From assembly GCF_002113885.1 (NCBI RefSeq), contig NW_018407907.1:1614978-1678977 (forward strand): a stretch of 64,000 nt of DNA, read 5' to 3'. The first letter of the stretch is position 1, and each line of letters begins with the position of its first letter. This stretch comes from Mizuhopecten yessoensis. Lineage: Eukaryota. The position numbers and the translations under genes were made by a program. Positions 1-14,000 of this stretch are shown here, piece by piece. The notes under the pieces were generated by a model. That model ran no database searches, had not been told where the DNA came from, and saw only the letters and a list, made by a program, of their open reading frames with translations.

Positions 1-1034
1 TTTTAAATAACTGGTGTACAGCGAATAGTTCATATAGTATACAGTATTTAAGTGAACACCTTGCCTAAATGTGATACATTTTGTTAAGGATCCCCGTCCC
101 TCCGCCTAAAAATGTAATGAGGCATTGATTTTTTTTCTGCGGCATCACTATTGCATAACCAAATAATTTCTGAACAATTACCCATACCTTGCGTTAGTTT
201 CGTCATATTTTTTAAAATGGGATTTCATTTTTTTTTTTCAAATGGAACAAAATGAAACAAAAAACATAGCTAGTACAAATGCTCACTCTAAACATTGTTA
301 TGATTGTATAGCTATTTGCCGTACTGTTAACATACTAGCTGCCGTACACTTGAAAATGTATCAACAACTATTCGCCGTACACAGACGAAGAACCATTTAA
401 GTCAATTACATCGTAATGACTACATTTAAACATATGACCATTATATGTTTATCCCAGTTTCATCTACATATGCCAGTAACTTCCGTTTCATCATTGTATA
501 TGTCATACTTTAATAGTTTTCTCATCTTCTTTCTTTTTAAATGATATTGTACCGGTGCTTTGTAGTCATTTCTTACCAATATCTTCAGATCGCATGAAAT
601 AGTTTACAAATCATCTGCATCACATACATCATTGTTTATTGTATAACTGTTGTGCTCCTTTACTTGTCTCTTCGTACTAGAAAATACCAGAAATATCGGA
701 AAACATCCTGTGGCTTGTCTGCGCCTAGCGTCCATGCCCGCTTCGGTACTAGCTATATCCGGTGTCAGTCCTACACAGTGATAATGAACAACAGAAATCC
801 TATCCAAACTTCAGCTTATATTTGTTTTTAGCAACAGACACTAATTCTCAAATAGATAAACAGTGACATAACATCTAAGATTTCAAAATGTCATGTATAT
901 GACATCACAGTCATCTGTTTCCACCCTGGTAATACAGATATGTAGCAATGATCATAAGAAACTGTCCACTGATGTGTGATCCCATTTTTATACGCTGGTC
1001 AAATTTGACGGGAGTATTATCGTCCGACCGGCAT

Positions 1035-1540
1035 TGACCATCTCCTCCTACATTTATTGACTGATCTCTTTGAAACTTGGTATACATTAATTTATAATCA
1101 TGATATGAAGTTGTGTTTCCCTTAAAAGAATTTTGATTTGAATATTTTTGCAAATAGTTATTGACCTTTGTTTATTTCAGTATTTGTGATCGATTTCTTT
1201 GAAACTTGTTTGGCTTTATTATCATGACATGTTGTTGTGTTTCCCTGAAAAGAATTTTGATTTGACAATTTTTACAAAAGTTATTGTCCTTTGTTTATTT
1301 CAGTATTTGATTTTTATCCAGCGATCTCCTCCTACATTTTCGACCGATTTCTTTGAAACTTGGAAATCGTTATAGTTATGATATATAGTTATGTTTCTTT
1401 GAACAAAAAATTTATTCGACTATTTTTGAAGTTGTTGCCCTTTGTTTATTTCTAGTAATTGAATCTTGTCCGGAGATCTAGTTTTCTATCGATTTCTTCG
1501 AAACTTGGTAGGCTTCATAATCATGATATCAAGTTGTGTT
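1035..1540. repeat. Degenerate tandem repeat, ~105-150 bp units
   Basis: Recurring blocks 'gatttctttgaaacttg...atcatgatat..gttgtgtttcc...aaagaattttgatttga...agttattg.cctttgtttattt' seen about four times. Confidence 0.75.
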
Positions 1541-2019
1541 AATATAATGAGTTGGAGACTAATCTTTTGATTACTTGTTTTCCTCAAACTTTTAGAAAAT
1601 TAAAGAAAATCGGAAGTTGACTTTGTAGTGAAAGGTGAGATTTATAGCATGCTATATATAGCTAGTTAGCGACTCTTAAGGTCATGCAAATCTTATTTTA
1701 ATGCAAGTTAATAAATAACACTATATGACATTCGACTGGCGTATATTGTTCCGCCCTACGCTACTCTTGTTAGTTCACCTGGTCCGAAGGTAAATTTTGT
1801 CCTTTTCTTTTTCTTTGCCTTTATAGCAGCATTATACCAGACAAATTTTGCAAAAGGAAACGTCCTTGACCTTTATTCAAGGTCAAAGGGGTCAAATTTG
1901 TTAAAACCCTCAAAAGATTTCTTCAATGTCATGTTAAATAGCTTTTTTACCCGTGTTTAAACAGAGTTATTGCCCTCTACACTTCATTCCATCTGTGACA
2001 CCCCTTCAGGTGTCGCCCC

Positions 2020-2480
2020 ACTAGTATTTGTGTATTGTACATAATAGAGAGTTTGTGTATTGTAGATAGCTGTAACGGGTTTGTGAATTGCAGATAGCTG
2101 TGATAAATGTGTGTGTTGCATTTGTGAATTGTAGATAATATAGTGAGTTTGTGTATTGTAGATAGCTGTAACGAGTTTGTGTGTTGTATTTGGGAATTGT
2201 AGATAATATAGTGAGATTGTGTATTGTAGATAGCTGTAACGAGTTTGTGTGTTGTATTTTTGAATTGTAGATACATTAGTGAGGTTGTGTATTGTACAAA
2301 GCTGTTACGAGTTGTGAATTGCAGATAATATAGTGAGATTGTGTATTTAGAGTCTGTGTATTGTATTTGTGTATTGTAGAAAAAAATGTGAGTGTGTGTA
2401 TTGTAGATAGGTGTGACGAGTTTGTGTATTGTTTTTTGTGTAATGTAGATGATATAGTGAGTTTGTGTATGATGATATGT
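2020..2480. repeat. TG-rich minisatellite
   Basis: Repeated 'gagtttgtgtattgtagatagctgtaac' / 'gaattgtagataatatagtgag' units. Explains the low-complexity ORF 1977..2510. Confidence 0.85.
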
Positions 2481-2555
2481 ATGATCTGATATGTTATTTA
2501 CTTTTGCCATAACTATACCGCCTTTCTACCATTTCTTTTAGAATATTTTGCTGAC

Positions 2556-5500
2556 ATGGAATCCGAATGGGACGAAACTCTTCTGTACCAAACGAGAGAG
2601 GTAATATTTGACTATACAAGAACTCCATTTAGTCGACATTCATAACTCAAATATTTTGGTTAACGTGAACAAGTCACGACATTTGACCGCTTTTGATTGT
2701 TTTCAACTCCAAACGTTGATGAAATTAGTTTCATGTTAGATGAAATCTAACTTGATGGACATAATATGATCCCCTTTTGTTACACCTACAATTGTATATG
2801 AATACAGTTTTGGTACTGATATATCGGGACTTTTTGACGAAGGAGAATTTCGTAACTTGGTACAACATATCTATACGCATGATATATTTCATTGAAGGGA
2901 TCATAACGACAGTTAAGGTGTGTGAAGTGAACACAGAGCTCGAAATTTGACGCCAGCGCTATGGAATTTGAAAGATGCAAATTTCATAAGCATTGTCAGT
3001 TTTCCACTACTGTTATCAATAAAGAACAACGCACAGTCAGCTTAGTTTTCAAAATAACTTTAATAGTAATTTAAGGTAATTTGAATGTCAAAGTTTTGGC
3101 AAACCTACGGAGGCATTGTCCTCTTGTTTCTATACACACTATTACATATCATAACGATTTCGTTGTTCATAAATGTTTGCAGTATTTTCTGTGTAATCAC
3201 AAAGATAAGTACAGGAAATATGTAAACGGTTTGAGATTCCTTGTTCCAATGCCAAAACTACGCATTGGAAAATCCGTGCATGTTCGGGGAAGCAATAGGC
3301 CTGCTGTTTCCCACCGCATGATCGTAAGAGGCGACTAGTGTCGGGAGCCCCTGTGAATCGGGGGTGGTTTCTTTCTTTGCCTCCATTCAGTGGACATTGA
3401 CAAAATCAAGAATAGACCTGCTATATCCCAATGCATGTGTATCGTAAAAGGCAACTAATGTAGGACCCCCTTTTCTATCTACTTTCTGTTTAAGGCGATG
3501 TCTCCCTAGGCACTCGTCCTCAAATAACACTGGCTGTTGTAAGGATGTTAAACCTCACACAAAATAAAAAAATAATAAAGATGAAATGAATAAGTTATAA
3601 TCAACAATAGTGTTCTGAGTGGGATTCGAACTCTGGATCAGATTGTTATCCTACTGTTTTAAGCTAATGAGCCACCTGGTCAACGGTAATATACAGGCCC
3701 AACTGTGTAACTCAATCCAACTCAAGATACAGTTACTATAAGATAAGAAGAAAAAAAATGAAAGCTTCAAATCTGCTAATGCAAAACTTTTCAAAGCGCG
3801 AGAATTTCCACTTTTACAGTAGGTTAGGTTGCGTCCAATCTGATTAAATCTAGATCTTCACTCCCGATAGTGGAATCAAAGATCTGGTTTTAATCAGATT
3901 GGGTTGCGTCTTATAGTATTCACCTTACTAGGATATAACTACTTGTATGATATGACGTACCTCTTTGTGTATGATGCAAAACACTTGATTTTTGTCAAAC
4001 AGGAACGTGAATTACAGTTCTCTCCATCAAAATGGTTTACAAGGATAAGTCCAGCAGCAGCGCTCGTAGAGAACCATATTGGTATCCTAACAAAAGGTAG
4101 TGGTCATTTTATGTTGTGTTGAGCTGTATGTTTGTTTGTTTGTTTGAGTTTAACCATCGACAACTGTGGTCATTTAGGGTCACGGTGATTTATTAATTTA
4201 TTTTTTAACAAACGTGTGAGTAGCGAAGTTAAAATGTATATTTAAAGCATTCGCATGGTATGTGTAAATAATTAAAAATGAAAAAGGGTTAAAATAATAA
4301 AAGAGATAATAAATAGATTATATGGAATATGTGATATGTATGTATATATCTTTATATAAAACGTCAAAGAGGGTAAGGTGGGTTAAACGACATCAAAGTG
4401 TAGACCGGTGTCTTTCAAATTGTGAAATAATGCTCTTGAGTCCACGGAAATGAAAAGAGTTTTCATATCCGGGACTCGAAAGTAATTATCATGATTGTGT
4501 TTAAAATGGGAACATTCTATTTAAGAATGTCCCACTGTAAATGGAGTGTCACATGCGTGGCATGTAGGAATGAGTAGGATAAGTGTGCCCAGTGCGGAGC
4601 CGAGAGAGGACAACTTCCTCTCTACGATATTTCCGACTGGGAACGCATGTTCTAAGTTTCGATGTGTTGGACTTGGATGTTTGTTACTAAACGGTAATGA
4701 ACGTGAAAAATATAAATTAACATTGCATTCATTATACTTGTTTTAATACATTAAAGCAGAAACTGCTTTCTGTTCTGTGGAGCTTAAATTCGCGAATTCA
4801 TGCAAAATACACCTTCTGAACTAACACATATCAAATGACACGTATCATATTTTAAAAACGCGTTGTGTTTACAGGAAGTGAAGAAGCCAGACAAACTCTG
4901 GACTGTGAGCTAGACATGGCATACGGCAATAAACCTCTCGAGAAAATAGACATCTTCGGTGGGCAAACCTTACCAGCAGGTATGTGAGCTTACATTGTTT
5001 ATAGCTGGTCTGTAACACGGTGATTGTTTTCGCGGTTAGGAAACCAATACATATTCGAGCTCAGTAAAGTTTCAAAACGGTTATTATTGTATAAGTGTAT
5101 CCATGGTAATATATTTGATTAAGTTTACCTTAAACAATCGAAATAAAACGTGTCGAAAATCATTTTGCTAACGACACACGGGGTTTTACGGGGGTTTTAC
5201 GGCTTTGAGTCTAGAAAAAAACTCGGAGATTAAATGTTTTGCAAATGTCAAAATCGAAGTTGACTATTAAACTGGAAATGAATTTGTGTAATCATTTTTT
5301 ATTCATTTATTTACTGTATTATACAGACCACGGAAGACATCACTGGAATTAAGAGACAACTTCTAAAATTCGCCATTGAGGACATTTCCATGTTAAATAA
5401 ACCTTTATAAAGAGACCACCTGAAATGAATTATTACCGTTCACATTATGCAGGATTCTTAGAACTCTATTGACATGCATTTCATTCATTTGACCATAAGC

Positions 5501-8500
5501 ACCATTGATGAGGCCAACCAAAGTTAGCTTTTACTGGACCATATAGTCAAATGGTCCAATAAATACCTTCTTTGTTTGGCTTTTTACCTTATTGACTTAT
5601 TAATTTTGTTGAAAATGTGCTTGCTAACTTCATATGTTTAACAACTCTTTACGGAATGTCTGAAGGTGGTCTCTGTACATGTTTTAATTTCAACTGGCGT
5701 CTCCTCTATTATACAGATGCGCCTGTCTTTTGTTACATACATGGAGGAGACTGGGCCATGCTCGGGTATGTACGATAGATGTACACATATCGGTCATATA
5801 AAGGGGGACGTCATGTTAACAAAACAATTGAAAATTAATATTTTTAATATTTTTCTTATAGATATGGTTTTGAATTTAATGTTCGTGAATAATGTCATAT
5901 CGTGGTAATTTAATGTTTGCCAAATTTAATGTGGAAAGCAAAACGAGAGTTATGATAATCCGTGAAAAGTTGAAAAGATGAACAATATATCGTGTATAAA
6001 TCGTTTTAAGTACTTTTATTACAAACAAAAGTTTGCGAAGATTTAAGGTATAACGATAAAGGTTACGTCAAAATATTTCAATTGTTGTATGAAAAGAGCT
6101 CTTGTTCTATCATCACAATGCACTCTTTATTGTTCTTTACTATTTTTTATGCCAGGATTTAAAATATTTCTTAATCTTTTATTAGACTTTTTCAGCTTTC
6201 TGATTAAATATCTATTCTTTGTTTTCTTTAAATTGGATGATTAAAGTATAATTTCTGATGTTTAAATTTCGATAAGGTTTGAGGTTTTTACCTATTCACT
6301 ACGACATCCGACATCCAGCGTTATTGTTGTTTGGTATTTGTTGTTGTTGTTGTTAAGATTTGCTTATTTTTAGATGAAACACTAATTATGCTTTTTACTT
6401 CGCGAAATCTCGCTGATAAGGCTAGCAGGCAAGAGAACACAATAGACCAATGAAATGTATTTGTTGAATGAATTTAAAAGTAAAAGGTAAACATTCCTTG
6501 TTCTTACCTCCATTTATTATTGAAACGTTCGTACCATCCGTGTAAAGGCATCTAGTTAGATCCGAAATCAAATGAAACATTTCACATGTGTCGTATGAAT
6601 TTACACAAAACTCTTCACAAATCTATACAAATAATCACCGTGTCTATACTGGCGATTATAACATGAAATCGGTCTCGAGTTCAAACCAAATTCCATGTTC
6701 TAATCGACAGTATAGCCACTCAAAACAACGTATTATCCCCTAAATAGTATATTAACATGACAACAGAATTCATAACGTACACATAATATATATGTATATC
6801 GCCGTGACTCGTTACACTTTATCGTTGAGTGTATGTGTTTTAATGCTTTAGGAGAGAGTCTTCAAGTTTTATGGCTCCTTACTTGGTAGAGAGTGGAATC
6901 GTAGTGATCCCAATCGGATATCAAAAGGCACCGGAAGGTAGGGAGATTCGTTAATCTGAACAGCTTTCTATCCTTATTAAATGTCCACACTAATTAAGTG
7001 AACGAACTAATGGAACAGGATATGAGAGTGATGAGTATTCTAAATTTTTGACTCCGTGGTGTAAAGCCTCATTAGCCAATAAATTGGTAAACAAATAAAA
7101 ATAAATAAATAAGAATAGAGTTTTGTTTGGTTTGGTTTTATGGAGTTTAACGTCCTTTCAACAGTTCATGTCATTTAAGGACGTGCCTCTATATGTATAA
7201 TGTATGCGTGTGTGCCAGAGGCAAGGTATTTTGGTGCATTTGCCTCCTTGTGAAAGCGCGAATCTGATGCCGACATGATAGTTTTACCGAAAGCGATTTT
7301 GTATTCTGTTATTCAATTAGGATTTAAAGAAAACTGTAACTGTATCCTTCTCTTGCAGTGGACATGCCGGAAATTGTAACAGAAATCAAGAAAGCTGTGT
7401 CATTCATTTTAAAGTGGGCCAAAAACCGTGGAACACGGTAGGTAACAATCAAATATTCAAATTGTAAAGCTTGATAATATTTATAAATAGTTCATTTCTT
7501 TTTTTATCATTTCTTCAATATTGCAATATTGCAAAGTACTGTTTCGACTTTATATTGACAAGATTATTGATACAAAGCTCCAGAGAAGAGTTAAAGGTAG
7601 TAGTGTCTACATGAGAATAATCGGATACATTTTAATTCCAATAGTTCCTATGTTAACACACGGAGACCAAGTTCACTATATATTTATATAGCCTGTACAT
7701 TCTTATACACAGGGATAATATGAACATTTTTCATCATATTGGATACATTGTGACAAATGTCACTGGTCCGTTTGTCATGAATACTATATGACCTCTACCT
7801 TAACTTTATCTTTCGTACATTTGACAGATCTGTATATATAGGAGGTCACTGTGCCGGTGGACATCTTGCTGCTATGATGCTGGGGATTGACTGGACAAAA
7901 GAATGTGATATATCCAATGATTTACTTAAAGGTATAAATTGACATATCCGAATGGGTTCGTCTAACTTACTAACTCATCGTCCATTTACATTACCCCCTT
8001 GTCCCCCTACCATTTCCTTGCCCTGCACCCGCTCCTAAATGAATCCACTCCGAAAATAGGCTAACTTTTACCCTGGAGGTGATTTCAGATTTAAAAAAAT
8101 AAAATAAAATACACATGTTTATAGTTGAACACTCATGTTGTTTGGTTTTGTTTTTGTGTTTTACGTCCTATTAACACCTATGGTCATTTAATTACGTACC
8201 AGGTTTTAATGGTGGAGGAAAGTCGGAAGTCCCGGAGAAGAACCACCAACCTACGGCAAGTACCTGGCGACAGCCCCACGTAGGCCTCGGACCCGCGACC
8301 CAGTGGTTGAGGGCTAGTGGCAGCAGAATGTCAGACGCCTTAACATACACTGAGAAAGCTCTAGAAACTCTGTCTTATAGTTTGTTAACATTCTACTTGT
8401 GATACTATTTTACCTACTTGCTGTATCCAACAGGTGGGATTCTGATATCGGGGATATTTGACGTTCGTCCGTTAGTTGACACTTATATCGGTGATCCGCT

Positions 8501-11068
8501 CAACCTGACACGGTAAGTGTTTTTAGAGAAACGTAAATAAAAGTAAGAAGGTAGCACAAAGAAATATCTTTAAGCAGATGCCTTGCGAAATAAAATGGAA
8601 TTTAGTTTAAGCAGATTTTATTGCATATTACAACAAAAGGATTAAGCGCAAGTTATCACAACTTATTGATGCCTTTTCCCGATTGAATTACAAAACAATG
8701 CATGATAACGCAATAATCTAGCTGTAGATATAATTGACAAATTTTATAGAAGTAGAAATACTTGGAAGTAGGGCGTAGAATATTTTAGTAGATGGTTTTA
8801 GTATAGTCATATACACATGTATATATAATGACTTAACAATAGAATTGCGCCTCTGGCTTGCTCCTCACTTAGCACTGTTCACATACTTTCAATAAACAAA
8901 TGTCCGGTCTCATTCCTGTGTCCATCACTGTAGTGACCACTCATGTCAGCCTGTAGATCATTCCTCGAATCACAGTATACTTTCTGTCAGGCAAGAGTTG
9001 CGCTATTTTGATATCATTATTTACTGTGAACATACGATTTTGAATTGTTAATATTCTACAAATGAACATCAAACAGAGAGAGAGAGAGATAGACTTTTTT
9101 TGTCCTGTCGCTTCGGAAGATGGTGAGTGTTTTTTTAAAAAAAAGAAAACGTTTACTTTCGAGAATATATAATTGCACCGCTTGACATATTTGTATATTT
9201 GAGTGCAAGTTAAGATTGTTGTCACCAAAAAGTAAGTGATTAGCAGATATATTTGGATACCAGTTCAGTTTGTTTATCATTTCTGTTCTTTTGTCCTGAT
9301 ATAGGGGGTTGAATCTAGCTATGGAGTTCACTAAGATATATTGACCATACACTACGTATTTCGTTTTATGCATGCTCTATTTTAGCGAGGTTGCGTGGGA
9401 GTGCAGTCCTTGCAAACACGTGGACACCATAGCTTCTCTAAGTAGAAATAGGACCTTAATTATTGTGATGGGAGGGAAGGACACACCTACCTTCAGACAA
9501 CAAAGTAGTCAGTTCGCGGAGGTAAGTACCAAGAATGAACAGCATTACGGATAATCAAGGATTTTCATTTTGAAGCTTGTTCCTCAAATGATTTGTTTAG
9601 AATAGAAAATATGTTGTAGTTTACTATCTTTCACCTTGACTATGTATTCGTACTTTTATTTTTATTTTACGTCAAAATGTCACTTCACTGCTGTTTTGTT
9701 TTTTCGGGTATTTATTTTCATTTTTATTATTCGTTTTGTCTTGAAAAAAAACAATATAGCTTGGATTTCTTCAAGCACAGTTCATAATTAATAACAATTG
9801 AAAAAATGAATTAGTTGATACAACCAAACATGTAACATTTGCAGGATATCCACACCACTTTCAAAAACGCTCTAAATATAGATAATTAACTTGGTTAAAA
9901 GCATGACAATGGTATTAATGAATCATTTCTGGAAAAAAGCGAGGAAATTCTTTATAAAATAAATATATGACGAGATATATGAATAAATGAATAATTGTTC
10001 TGAGAGAGAAAACAAATTGCCACGCTCTTCACGGATTTGAACCAAGAATGCAGTCAACGTTTTTTTTGTTTGGCTTGCTGTGTTGTTGTCCCTTTTTAAA
10101 GTTTTTCTCACGTTTTTCTAGTAATTAGTTCATTCATTTCTTTGACTGTCTGGCTGGTATCTCATTTCATCACGTGACACTATCATATTAGTTCCAACTA
10201 TCAAATATATTACCGATATAATATTATTGTTACAGCAACAATAATACAAGGTAAATTAACAAAAACATATATTATCATTAAATCATATGACAAACTCCCA
10301 TCGTTTATATTATTATTGAATGACAAAACATGTTCACAGGCAATGAGGAAAAGGAAGGTGTCAGTAATTGTGAAGGACTTTGAGGAGTACGACCACTTCC
10401 AAATCAGCGAAAAATCTTGGTTTGAATATAAGGTATTGGGCAGAGCCATATAAGTGCATGCATACTGTAATTTTCTTGACTATCGCGAATCATTTATTTA
10501 TTTTGTATTCGAGATCAAAGGCCATCGCTCGGTATCATACTTTGCAAATATTCTTGACACAGTCAAACAAGTGTATCAACTGAAGACTATAATGGATGAT
10601 TTATTATACATATTTGCCCCACTGAGCATAACCGTATAAATCTAGATTTGTGCCCATACCTTCATGCAAGTTGATAAAGTAGACGTTCGGTGGCATCCCG
10701 CTTCATAATCATGAGAGGCGACTAATGTTGGAATCCCAGCAGGATATTTGCAATCCTTATCTTTTTCCTTTTCTACCTTTTTTACAATGCCCTTTTTGAT
10801 CTACGTGTAGCCCTGTGTGACCTGAATGTTTTATTTAACCATTATAGTAAATAGGCCGTCAAGTTAAGATATAAAATTAAGTTCCCTGTCGCTTCTTCTT
10901 CATCTTCATCAAAATTTCACAAAAACATATATACAATTTCAAAATTAAATTAAATCGTTAGGTTTATGCACCTAAAAATATACATAAATTACTTGATATT
11001 TTCGTTTTATTTTGATTTCGTTAATGTCATCTCTGTTTCAGGAAATCACCAATGTAATGATGGCATAA
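2556..11068 (+). CDS. AFMID: Kynurenine formamidase (AFMID)-like alpha/beta hydrolase, 11 coding exons, ~298 aa; nucleophile position is Cys
   Basis: Phase-consistent GT-AG exons 2556-2600, 4003-4096, 4875-4979, 5717-5765, 6852-6937, 7359-7437, 7828-7931, 8434-8512, 9386-9521, 10340-10432, 11042-11068 (897 nt). Translation has AFMID hallmarks: ELQFSPSKW, MAYGNKPLEKIDIF, YIHGGDW, GYQKAPE, GGHCAGGHLAAMML, LISGIFDVRPL, GGKDTPTFRQQS (Asp), DHF (His). The last exon choice is less certain (alternative stop by read-through near 10453). Confidence 0.9.
3290..3580 (+). mobile_element. SINE-like interspersed repeat (family with cgtaagaggcgactaa motif)
   Basis: Motif 'gcatg..cgtaa(g/a)aggc(g/a)acta' occurs twice here, followed by a 'gctgttgtaaggatgttaaac' + A-rich tail. 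Related copies at ~10695-10740, ~19612-19745 and, reversed, ~28390-28600. Confidence 0.6.
7120..7280 (-). mobile_element. SINE-like repeat fragment
   Basis: (GTTT)n tail then 'gtttaacgtcct..caaca...catttaaggacgtgcctct...gcctccttgt'. A second, longer copy lies at ~24760-24985. Confidence 0.6.
8138..8345 (-). mobile_element. tRNA-derived SINE with V-domain-like core
   Basis: Reverse complement contains a 'ggttcttctccgggacttccgactttcctcc' core resembling the V-SINE domain, a degenerate tRNA-like head at the right end and a simple-repeat tail at the left. A more degenerate relative lies at ~31240-31380. Confidence 0.65.
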
Positions 11069-14000
11069 AAGGGAAACCATGTTAACTTAAACCATTGGCA
11101 AACGTTGACAGAACATTTATATTCAAGTAGCGTGGAGAAGGTGATTCACTCCATTGCAAAACAAAATTTAAAAAAGCTGTTCCTTCATTACATTGAACAT
11201 GCTTTTTTTGCTTGACAAAATGTTTGTGGTATTCAACATGAATATAGAATGTGTAGCTAGAACATGTATTGTTTATATATGTATTTATCATGACTGTTGC
11301 AATACTTAAAAGAGAGGTTGCCATCTAGGTGATTCTTATATTATTTTGATAAAGTAACAGGTAAAACCCTAATAAACAGCATACAGTAGCTTCATATAAA
11401 TAATCATATTAGAAATATGCAAGTCCCGATTCAATTCTGTAATTCTACCTCATATATTGTTATTATATGTGTAGTTTTAGCTCTTTATCTCTTTGCATAT
11501 TGCAAATAAATATCATGAACTTGCAAAAGTCTGTTTAAAGTTTCATTTTTTTTGTGCCTAGCACGCAACAACCCATTAATTATATCACCAGTCTGTCAAA
11601 TTGTTAACAATGGATCTAACACTAAAATATATACTATTTTCTGATTATTGTTTTAATGGAGTTTGTTATCCCACAAGAGGACATTAACCAAACATATTCA
11701 CACTTTCTGAGTATTGTTTTAATGGAGTTTGTTACCCATAATGGACATTGACCAAACATTTAGTTTTGTTTGGGAGGTAAATAAAATACAATTACAAAAT
11801 AGTCATAAAGTGTGTTTTGCAGCGAATATGATAAGTAGTAAAAGAACTTTTGTTAACTTTGAAATTTACTACACGTCTTTTATTAGGTGTCGCAGAGAAC
11901 ACTTTTTTAGTTGCGCGGATATGACTTAAACATAAAAAATATATTTATACTACAATACCATTCACAAATGGACGCCCATAGTTTATACTCAGTAAAAGTT
12001 AACACACAAGACCCGCCCCCACCCCAAAAACAAATGAATACCATTACGTCAGAAAAAATAGACTTATAAAAAACATATGGATACAAAAAGACAAAAACAG
12101 GAATTGAGAAAAAAATGCACTCAACAAAATAGGTAGAGGTAAAACCAATTCCTATGGAGACACAGTGACTTACATTTCTTGCACATCAGACTTGAATATC
12201 ACATATCGTACAAATTATATCCCGTGCTCGATCTGTCGATCTCGTCTGCTCGGTCTTGCACCGTTTCGTGCCATTTTACATCACATTTTACACGGTGGTA
12301 TATTCATCTTAAGATACAGTCAAAAATTAACTTCACTGCATCATAAGACTGTTTATACCTTCTAAGACTCGTCTATGATGCTAGGGGTTGGAGCAGAAAA
12401 GATTGAACTCCGAATTGTCTTAACTACTGATAGAACAGAGGGGCAGATGCGTTATTATGAATTAAACGGTTAAGAGCAGTACTGCTTTTTTATTAACCAA
12501 ATAATCTTGAAAGTGTGTAACAAATAGCGATAGTATTGTCCTACATCACACTGAACACAAGTACATATTTTAGATAAACATGAAAAAAGTTTTCTCGAAA
12601 TGAACATCGTCTCTATTTACAAAATGACTTAGCTAAAGTACAGGCGATATGTTGTTTTAAGTCTGATCCAATATATTCAAGAGAAAGGTGAGTGTTTGAA
12701 ACATTTATGCAAAATCGATTGTTTAACATATATTTCAAAACTTACCTTTATCCATAACAATTGAATTGTTTCAAATGAAACAAAGCTTTGTTTTATTTGC
12801 ATGAATTTGCAAGTTGTAATACATTATTCATAGGAGTAAAACTCTAAAAAGATGTCAAAACAGAGTGAAATGCAATCGTGTTATACCCACCAATAGAAAG
12901 CATGAAAGACACTTTTACAATAACAGGGGTAAAGGTCAAGTTATAAATATAGACAATTAGAAGGTTGGCTGCACCAAATCAGAACAGCTTATAACACGAC
13001 AGCCGGAGCTAAAGACCCATATATACGTACGTAAGTGGCCCATGTACGTATTAGAGGTCTGTCTGTTTGTTGCTGTTTAAGAAGAGCAGTGTGTCTATTA
13101 TTCAGATAGGGAGCGGAAAATACTGCTCATTTTAAAACTAAATTACTTCATTTTGCACGTATACAAGAAATCAGTTTGTTAAATCCTTTATTTTTATATC
13201 ATATTGTAGAACCTGTTTATAATTGCTATAAAAAAAGGTTTTTGCACATTGCGCCGTGAATTCGATATTGTTAGGGGGGTGACATTTTTTGCGTTTTTAA
13301 CCTTAATTGCCTGGTGCTAAGTTTTTGCGATAACAGTTTTAAGATTCCTGAGTTCTTTAGAAAGGTCTTATATTCGTTAAACACGTTGAGAATATGTATT
13401 AACTTTTAGCAATCGTACATGATTAAATTGTACACAACATGAAGTAGTTCAATATTTATGGTTCAACCTTTTTTTATAGAATCATTTCCATTATTAAATT
13501 TAGCGAAAAAAACACAGAAGAGAGAGGGAGATAGGACTTAAAATTGTTTATGAAAAATCTGAAATGTAATTTCAGTTGTTATTTGTAAAACCGCCTTTCG
13601 ACCACAAGTTTTAGAACATTTTGCTGGCATAGTGTCTGAATGGGACTAAGTTATCCTACTAGCATTAATATGGTTTATGTTCAGTCTATATGGTATAACA
13701 ATTAACAAACGCGATATATTCAATTGAAATAGGAATTGTGAAAATATACCTGAATTTATGGTTCTTGCCATAGATTTTGATAAAATTGATGAAAACATCT
13801 ATTAATGTAATGGTGATACAAAGATATATAATAAACTGTCTGTCATGATATTGGTCAAAAAGTTTAAATCTAACAGGGGAGGTAACTCCTTTACCCCAAC
13901 TCCAATGTGCAGTGTCTGCAGTTTTGGTTTCAGCACCAAAAATGGGCGGGGGAAGTTGTGGAGTGGGTTCGGCTTGATGCTTTAGTGGTTTTGAAGGGTT

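Noticed and set aside
604-807. Possible minus-strand terminal exon (acceptor near 771)
   Set aside because: No recognisable homology and no partner exons identified.
1977-2510. 177-aa T/Y/H/I-rich ORF
   Set aside because: Translation of a TG-rich minisatellite.
3610-3690. tRNA-like B-box (gggattcgaac)
   Set aside because: No cloverleaf can be formed. Probably a SINE head remnant.
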